DNA from: Paraspadella gotoi
Taxonomy: Eukaryota; Animalia; Chaetognatha
DNA: 15,793 nt
Assembly (NCBI GenBank): GCA_051294375.1
Contig: JBJCIZ010000566.1
Span: forward strand, 1-15,793
Direction: 5' to 3'
Shown here one piece after another: positions 10,650 through 15,793 of the stretch. Position 1 is the stretch's first letter. Every line of letters starts with the position of its first letter. Both the position numbers and the translations under genes were made by a program. A model generated the notes under the pieces. That model was given only the letters and a program-made list of their open reading frames with translations, searched no databases and was not told where the DNA came from.

Positions 10650-11040
10650 CTCCGCCTGTGGAGGAGGGAGACCGGTGACGAGGTCTATGACGAAGCTGTC
10701 TGGGCGGTCGGAAGTCGCCTCGCGTCCAGAATTCTGAGAAGATTTGAAGGAAGGCCCGGGAAACCAGTTTCTGCGCTGGCCAGAAAGGAGGGTTATCAGC
10801 CGGAAACTCCCTTCGCGTCCTCCACTTGCGGATCACCATCGCAGTAACGGAGGCGGAGGGGAAAAGGTCGCTAGGTCGAAGCGCCCAAACCTGAGGCAAT
10901 GCATCCACTCCCTCCGCTTTGGGAGACGCTTCCCAAGCGAAAAAAAATCGATGGAACTTGATGTCGACGCCGACGTCGCAAATAGAATCGAGAGTGTTCG
11001 GGAAGGCTGCGGCGAAAGCGGGTTCTACAATCTGCGTTGA
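10650..11040 (-). CDS. DNA N6-adenine methyltransferase-like domain (C-terminus of DIRS pol), frameshifted
   Basis: Fragments: (D)LFATSAS ~10990, RFFFAWEASPKAEGVDALPQVW, LFPP-like motif ~10860, MVIRKW, PFWPAQK(W/F). These follow the DIRS MT pattern DLFA...DA...W...FPP...P.WP.Q.WF. Confidence 0.8.
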
Positions 11041-12620
11041 AGATCGTCTTGGAGGAGCTTCCAATCCGCTACTTTGGCGACCCCTTGAAGCCGCATCCGT
11101 GACGAGGAGTTCTCCTCCGAGGCGATGTGTGACTCCCGTGAGGCGAAGTCTTGAAAGTTGTGGGCCAATAAAAGAGTGTCGCCAACGAGAAAACAACTAT
11201 CGGACTGAGGAGACCGGAGATCTGCTGGATCCCCGACGAGGCAGTGAGGGAAACCAGACTGTTCTGTCTTCCAAAGGATCGACGAATCTCTGTGTGAGGA
11301 GCCGAATCGCTGGAGGAAGAGACGAAGCACCATGAACTCCTTCACATTGATATGGAGAAGGGCATCCGCACCCTTCCACTTCCCCCTCAGAAGACGACCT
11401 TGAAAAAGGAGGCCCCACCCCTGGGTCGAGGCATCCGTCGTGACCTGGAGCTTGCAAGCTTCTGGAAGGAGAGTGTCGATAGGCGCGAAGCAGAGATCCT
11501 CTGACAACTCCGCCATCCAGCGAAGTTCCTCCAGTGCCGGATCCCGGAGGTGAACGATCTGGTTGAGGTCGAGTTCCGACTTGTAGACTTGGTTCACATC
11601 CCGCTGAATCCGCGAGGACCGACAGCGGAGAAGTGGGGAAGCCATGGAGGCTGCTGTCGCGTGACCCAGCAGTTGAAGGAGGCGTCGAGCCGATGGCGAA
11701 GGGTCCATGATGATCGATGATGCCAGAGATTGAATGGTCTCCCTCTTTGACGACGGTAGGGCTACCGTGTGGGAGAGGCTGTCCCATGTGAATCCGAGGA
11801 AGTCGAAGCGTTGGGCAGGGCAAAAATTCGACTTCTGCAGGTGGAGGATGAAACCGGCTTCCTTGAGCAGACGAGCGGCCATCAAAGTTGCACGTTGACA
11901 ATCCTCTTCTGTCGCTGCCAGGATCAGAATGTCGTCGATATAAAAAAGACATCTGATGCCTCTCTGACGAAGCCACTGAACCAAGGGCCTCGTCGTCTTG
12001 GTGAAGATCCACGGGCCCGTTGCGAGGCCAAAGGGGAGGACCCTGTATTGGAAGATCCGTCCCTTCCAAATGAAGCGGCAGTATCTCCGATCCTCCTTGT
12101 GAAGCGGAAGATGCAAGTAAGCGTCGCGAAGGTCGATCGACGACCCCCAATCCCCTCGACGAAACATCTTCTTGACATCCTGAGCCCCCTCCATGCGAAA
12201 GTAAGGGGGGTCGAGATACTTGGCGTTGAGTTTCTTGAGGTTCAAGATTGGGCGCCAACCTCCATCCTTCTTTGGGACAAGAAAGATCTTTGAATAAAAA
12301 CCGGGAGACTCGTCGACTTCCTCGATGGCGCCCTTTTCCAACGCTGCAGAGATCTCGGCGTCGATCACTGCATCTCGATCTCCGAAAGATGGAGTCTCGT
12401 CCGAAGAACGGGGAAGGCGAACGGGAATCCTCCTCCTTCCCCCGATGCGAAAGCCCGAAATGTTCTGTAAAAGGGGAGAGTCCTCTCCGACGAGAGAAAT
12501 CCAGAAATCGCGGAAGAGGTGAAGACGACCTCCCACTGGAGCCTCCGGGCGGAGGGCGGGGGAGGGAGGGTCCGAGTCCAAAATCCAGTCCGTGGGCGGA
12601 TCCGTGTCTAAATGGGCCAA
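11025..12620 (-). CDS. pol: Reverse transcriptase / RNase H (pol) of the DIRS element; frame intact to ~11265, then frameshifted
   Basis: GFYSKIFLVPKKDGGWRPILNLKKLN, SIDLRDAYLHLP, YRVLPFGLATGPWIFTK, YIDD (11942-11931), FDFLGFTWDS. RNase H motifs VTTDASTQGWG and HINVKEF, and in another frame LVTDAASR. Confidence 0.96.
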   Translation of the reverse strand: MAHLDTDPPTDWILDSDPPSPALRPEAPVGGRLHLFRDFWISLVGEDSPLLQNISGFRIGGRRRIPVRLPRSSDETPSFGDRDAVIDAEISAALEKGAIEEVDESPGFYSKIFLVPKKDGGWRPILNLKKLNAKYLDPPYFRMEGAQDVKKMFRRGDWGSSIDLRDAYLHLPLHKEDRRYCRFIWKGRIFQYRVLPFGLATGPWIFTKTTRPLVQWLRQRGIRCLFYIDDILILAATEEDCQRATLMAARLLKEAGFILHLQKSNFCPAQRFDFLGFTWDSLSHTVALPSSKRETIQSLASSIIMDPSPSARRLLQLLGHATAASMASPLLRCRSSRIQRDVNQVYKSELDLNQIVHLRDPALEELRWMAELSEDLCFAPIDTLLPEACKLQVTTDASTQGWGLLFQGRLLRGKWKGADALLHINVKEFMVLRLFLQRFGSSHRDSSILWKTEQSGFPHCLVGDPADLRSPQSDSCFLVGDTLLLAHNFQDFASRESHIASEENSSSRMRLQGVAKVADWKLLQDDLQRRL

Positions 12621-12666
12621 AACGGTCGGACGAGGCGGCGACCGAGGTCCTGGAGGAGGGCGTCAC
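11197..12666 (-). CDS. 489-codon alternative-frame ORF overlapping RT/RH; probably the long N-terminal part of the YR ORF
   Basis: Stop-free same-strand frame across the whole RT. Its GTG start overlaps the gag TGA (12666-12663). Long RT/YR ORF overlaps are established for DIRS1-like elements. Confidence 0.6.
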   Translation of the reverse strand: MTPSSRTSVAASSDRFGPFRHGSAHGLDFGLGPSLPRPPPGGSSGRSSSPLPRFLDFSRRRGLSPFTEHFGLSHRGKEEDSRSPSPFFGRDSIFRRSRCSDRRRDLCSVGKGRHRGSRRVSRFLFKDLSCPKEGWRLAPNLEPQETQRQVSRPPLLSHGGGSGCQEDVSSRGLGVVDRPSRRLLASSASQGGSEILPLHLEGTDLPIQGPPLWPRNGPVDLHQDDEALGSVASSERHQMSFLYRRHSDPGSDRRGLSTCNFDGRSSAQGSRFHPPPAEVEFLPCPTLRLPRIHMGQPLPHGSPTVVKEGDHSISGIIDHHGPFAIGSTPPSTAGSRDSSLHGFPTSPLSVLADSAGCEPSLQVGTRPQPDRSPPGSGTGGTSLDGGVVRGSLLRAYRHSPSRSLQAPGHDGCLDPGVGPPFSRSSSEGEVEGCGCPSPYQCEGVHGASSLPPAIRLLTQRFVDPLEDRTVWFPSLPRRGSSRSPVSSVR

Positions 12667-13617
12667 TTTGAAGTCTTGTCGCCCCTGCCCTCGCCGTTTC
12701 CCGATTTCTTGCGAGGAAAGGTCTTCTTGAAACCCTTTCTCGGTTTGTATTGCGACTTAGGGCGAAAGCAAGGGCGCCGATCCTCCGACTGCTTCTGACG
12801 AGACGTTGCGCAAGAGCGACGAATTGAGCGCCGAAGCAATCTGGGAAGACTGATTTCCGAAAAAGGAGTCGACAGTGGGGGGGCCCGTGAAAGCGCTGCT
12901 CTCAAATCCGTTGAAACGGAGGCAAGAACCGTCTTACGTACATCGCTGATGGCCGAGTTGAAAGCCGCGCCTGAAAGGCAGCAACGTCGCTAAGAGGCGA
13001 GGCCAGATCATCAATAGCCTCTGCGATCTGATCCCTCGGCAAGCCCGCAAGAACCGAAGATTTGAGAGAACGAAGCTCATCCGCTGCATGAAGCACTGCA
13101 TGTGCGGCGGCACCCGCTTCCTGCATAGTGCGCGTGAGGGCCCGGAGAGTGGCGGCGTTGGCCCGGCCGGAGAAAGCCGCGTCGAACTGAGCGCGGGACA
13201 AACTCCGACGGTGATGAGGAGTCGACCCAACGACGCAAACGAGCGGGAGCAACGCGATGGCGAGAATCCCAAGCGTCGGAAAGCACTCCCGATGAACCGA
13301 CATGACGTAGGGAGCGCCACTGGTCCAGCACCCAATCGGACGGCAGAGGCGCAGAACGGGCAGAAGGCACAAAATCCTCAAAGCCGCCCGCGACGTCTGA
13401 ATCAGAAGAATCTTCCTCCTCTCCGACGAATAGTGAGCATCCGGGTCCGGGGCGGTGTGGGACCGCTGCGACCGTGGCGCTTGGTGCTGGTCCTTCAGAA
13501 CGCGAGGACGAGGCGGACTTGCCAATGGGGGACCGGCCTCTGGAGTCGGAACAGCAAGGAGTTGAGCGAGAAGGCGAAGAGGGGCGTAGAATAAACCGGA
13601 CCGATGAAGGATCGTCA
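12663..13617 (-). CDS. gag: Gag-like protein, main exon (frameshifted)
   Basis: Lies directly upstream of pol. Ser/acidic N-part (DDPSSVR...EEEDSSDSD), helical core (TLRALTRTMQEAGAAAHAVLHAADELRSLK), basic C-tail (RPKSQYKPRKGFKKTFPRKK). Assignment is positional and compositional. Confidence 0.7.
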
Positions 13618-13680
13618 CATAAAAAAGAAACGTAAAAAACAGGAATTAGACATAATTCATTTCTAAAAAAAACGCCAAAA

Positions 13681-13712
13681 CCCTCCCCCCTCCCTCTCCC
13701 CAACCCAAGCCC
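13681..13712 (-). other. G-quadruplex-forming motif
   Basis: Minus strand reads GGG CTT GGG TT GGGG AGA GGG A GGGGGG A GGG (six G-runs, 1-3 nt loops). Confidence 0.6.
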
Positions 13713-13771
13713 AGTCCTCCAAGCCACGAGAAAAAAAGGGTGGTGAACCAAAAAGGGGCGGAAGGCGGGTC

Positions 13772-13849
13772 TCGTGGCGAGGCGGACCGATGAAGAATCT
13801 GTATTCCATTCGGAATTTTGGATTCTATCATCGGTCCGCCTCGCCACGA
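13772..13849. repeat. Perfect 22-bp inverted repeat with a 34-nt self-complementary loop; internal-complementary-region-like or ITR-like
   Basis: tcgtggcgaggcggaccgatga (13772-13793) and tcatcggtccgcctcgccacga (13828-13849). The loop can pair further (agaatc/gattct, attcc/ggaat). Confidence 0.92.
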
Positions 13850-14000
13850 ATGCTCCCTAACGAGAAGGCGAAGTGTTGGGGAAAAAATCGAAAGAGAAAA
13901 ATAAAGGGAGAAACAAAAAAGGGGAGGCGAGGCGAACGTAACCAAAGGATACGTAACTAAATTTAAACTACTGAAAAAACGACGAACAAAATAAACTCAC

Positions 14001-14261
14001 CGTCGTAAATCCTCCAAGTGGTGCCGCGTATCGCGGCGGTGCTCGTCAAACTCCTTCCTCATGCTGTTCAGCGACGACGTAAGAGTCGCTAGGACCGACT
14101 CCAGTCCTCCAGTCTCGGCGCCCGGAAAATTCGACGGGGCTGTTAACTGGCCGCCACGAGGCCCAGGCTCCGGAGCGGGAGGGGGCGGTGGAGGTGGTGG
14201 TGGCGGCGGGGGAGAGACCACTCGAGTCCCGCTGGACCCCTCTCCCCCTGCAGGGGCCTCT
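14001..14261 (-). CDS. Proline-rich, coiled-coil-like exon; probable upstream exon of gag
   Basis: GC-rich open frame EAPAGGEGSSGTRVVSP(12)APEPG...LESVLATLTSSLNSMRKEFDEHRRDTRHHLEDLR, ending at a GTGAGT donor and preceded by T-rich sequence. Confidence 0.55.
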
Positions 14262-15342
14262 CTTTATTTCAAAACTCAATTTTAAAAACCACCCAAAAAA
14301 AAAAAAAAATATGCATAAGACCCTAAACAACAAAAAAAAAAAGAGGAATAAACAAAAGTCAATCTCTTGAACCCTTGAACCTTCTCCTAAATTGTGGTGG
14401 TGATATCCCGATCACCACGTCGCCAATGACTCCCCCGTCCCTCTACTCGCCGAGGCAGAAGGGACGAACTCGTGGAAAAAGCAAGTAACAAACCGCAACT
14501 GCCTCTCTAATCAACCTGTAGCAACCCCAAATTTTAAAATCAATGCACGGCGACAGGCCGCTGAGCTACCTTATCAGAAAAGAGGGCAACTGCAAGGTAA
14601 TTTAAAGTCAAATTGAGTCGCCCTACAGATCTGTTCCTCACGGATACACATTACTGACCCAGTGACCGCACCATATACACAGTTTCAGTCCGCCTAAACG
14701 GAACTGCAGGTTGACTCTACCTCTCCATACCCCCAATCTTGATCGGCTCTTCTCCTTTATTGTCCGACCCCCCCACACACCACGAGGGAGCCCACTCCAC
14801 CGCCCCCTCCATATACAGCCATCTATTCCCTCGAAGGCCTCCCCCCCAGATCCGACGATTCGTATTATTTCTTTGTCTTATATTTCCGCTTCCTATCTTC
14901 TTATCTAATTCTTTATCTATCGCTTTTTTTTTAATGTACAAAATTTTTTTTGTGTAATTAAATGAAATTTGATTTAGTTAATGTTAGTTACTATTACAGT
15001 TTATTATAATTTTTTCAAGTTAAATATTTTCTACATTTATATTTAATAAATAGTTCTATTTTATGAAACAATTAAACTGAACGCTTAAAGCATGTCCTTA
15101 TCTCCTTCATTTCCTAGTCCACTATCTTCCAATCTCACGTATTTCTGATAGTAATATACAGGCGTTGAGATAAAAAAGCTGCCTGTTCAAAATCAGGAAT
15201 CCACTAGTAAATATCAAAAGTGCATTACTAGATAGAGCAATAAAAAAGACATACGAATGGTGGTCACCTATGATTTGTAGCTTTAAAGCTAGTAAGAAAA
15301 TATGTCTTATTGTCCATGCGATTTTAAATGGGACTTCACAGC

Positions 15343-15576
15343 TTCTATCATACGGTCCGCCCATCGCCACGAATGCCTTTTGCTTACGACGCCTAAGTCC
15401 GCGTATAATCATCGCGCGTTTATTCACGAGAAAAAACGAAATAAAAACAAAACAGACCAAACGAAAGAAAAAACTGTACAAAAGTCTGGCGCCGATCCGC
15501 CGACCCAATCAGCGCCCCGCCACTGGACTCGGGAGCCAGTCCTCCTTCGACATCCGGGCCTACAAAAGCCTTCACT
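15343..15576 (-). repeat. Direct copy of the DIRS 3' terminal region (9407-9624)
   Basis: cggtccgcc..tcgcc(g)acgaatgc...gagaaaaaacgaa...cgaaagaaaaaactgta...gccgatccgccgac...tccgggcctac...cttcact are collinear. Similarity stops abruptly at 15576/9624. Confidence 0.88.
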
Positions 15577-15793
15577 TCTTTTTTTCGCAAGCGCCTCCAA
15601 AGTTCGGCTTCCTTTGACTCTGATTTTTTTTCGCGTTTTTTATTTGGACTTCTTCACGTTATTCTCGTCGAATTTTCCGTTAAATCCCATTCCTCAGTAT
15701 GTTCTTCTATCCGGCACCGGAATCGTTTTTGGGAGAAGAATTACGATCGTCAATCGGGCCGCGTCTGAGAGATCTCATGACCGAAAAAAGGGG

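Larger units (their letters stand above)
13618..14000 (-). other. Predicted spliceosomal intron in gag
   Basis: Donor CG|GTGAGT at 14000. Branch-like ctaat at ~13649 and a long pyrimidine tract end in TTTTTTATG rather than TTTTTTAG. A phase-2 join (cg+t) is in frame with DDPSSVR. Confidence 0.55.
9373..14261 (-). mobile_element. DIRS-group tyrosine-recombinase retrotransposon (gag, RT, RNase H, methyltransferase, YR); 5' boundary uncertain, may extend to ~15576
   Basis: Domain order gag-RT-RH-MT-YR, no protease or DDE integrase, overlapping ORFs and complex terminal repeats match DIRS1/PAT-like elements. Confidence 0.93.

Noticed and set aside
9994-11196. 400-aa ORF as a single protein
   Set aside because: It is a mosaic that passes through RNase H, MT and YR fragments because of frameshifts.
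9615-13594. Plus-strand ORFs within the element (e.g. 11769-12293, 12248-12730, 13088-13594)
   Set aside because: They are antisense shadows of GC-rich coding sequence with no recognisable motifs.
14397-14418. Small hairpin gtggtgat-atcccg-atcaccac
   Set aside because: An 8-bp stem can occur by chance and it has no match to the element termini.
15122-15617. ORFs of 128 and 115 aa
   Set aside because: They span the non-coding terminal repeat and A/T-rich tracts, with low-complexity composition.

Overview
This is eukaryotic, AT-rich genomic DNA with spliceosomal-type introns. It looks animal or arthropod-like, but that is inference. It carries many 1-nt indels, from noisy sequence and/or decay. 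The main feature is a DIRS-group tyrosine-recombinase retrotransposon on the minus strand (~9373 to at least 14261, possibly 15576). It encodes gag, RT/RNase H, a Dam-like adenine methyltransferase and a tyrosine recombinase, with a long ORF overlapping RT. Its architecture is unusual. Gag appears to be spliced, and the predicted intron holds a perfect 22-bp hairpin. One hairpin arm plus the loop reappears at the element's 3' end with the loop in the opposite orientation. The ~230-bp 3' end is also directly repeated ~6 kb away at 15343-15576. Further left are a multi-exon minus-strand gene or pseudogene (5166-7337) with a short patch resembling this gag, and a 770-bp non-coding, hairpin-rich A-B-A element (4351-5120) with matching CCAC|TTA junctions. 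The window also has a 22-bp minisatellite (7450-8270) and two degenerate local duplications. All alignments and folds were done by eye.
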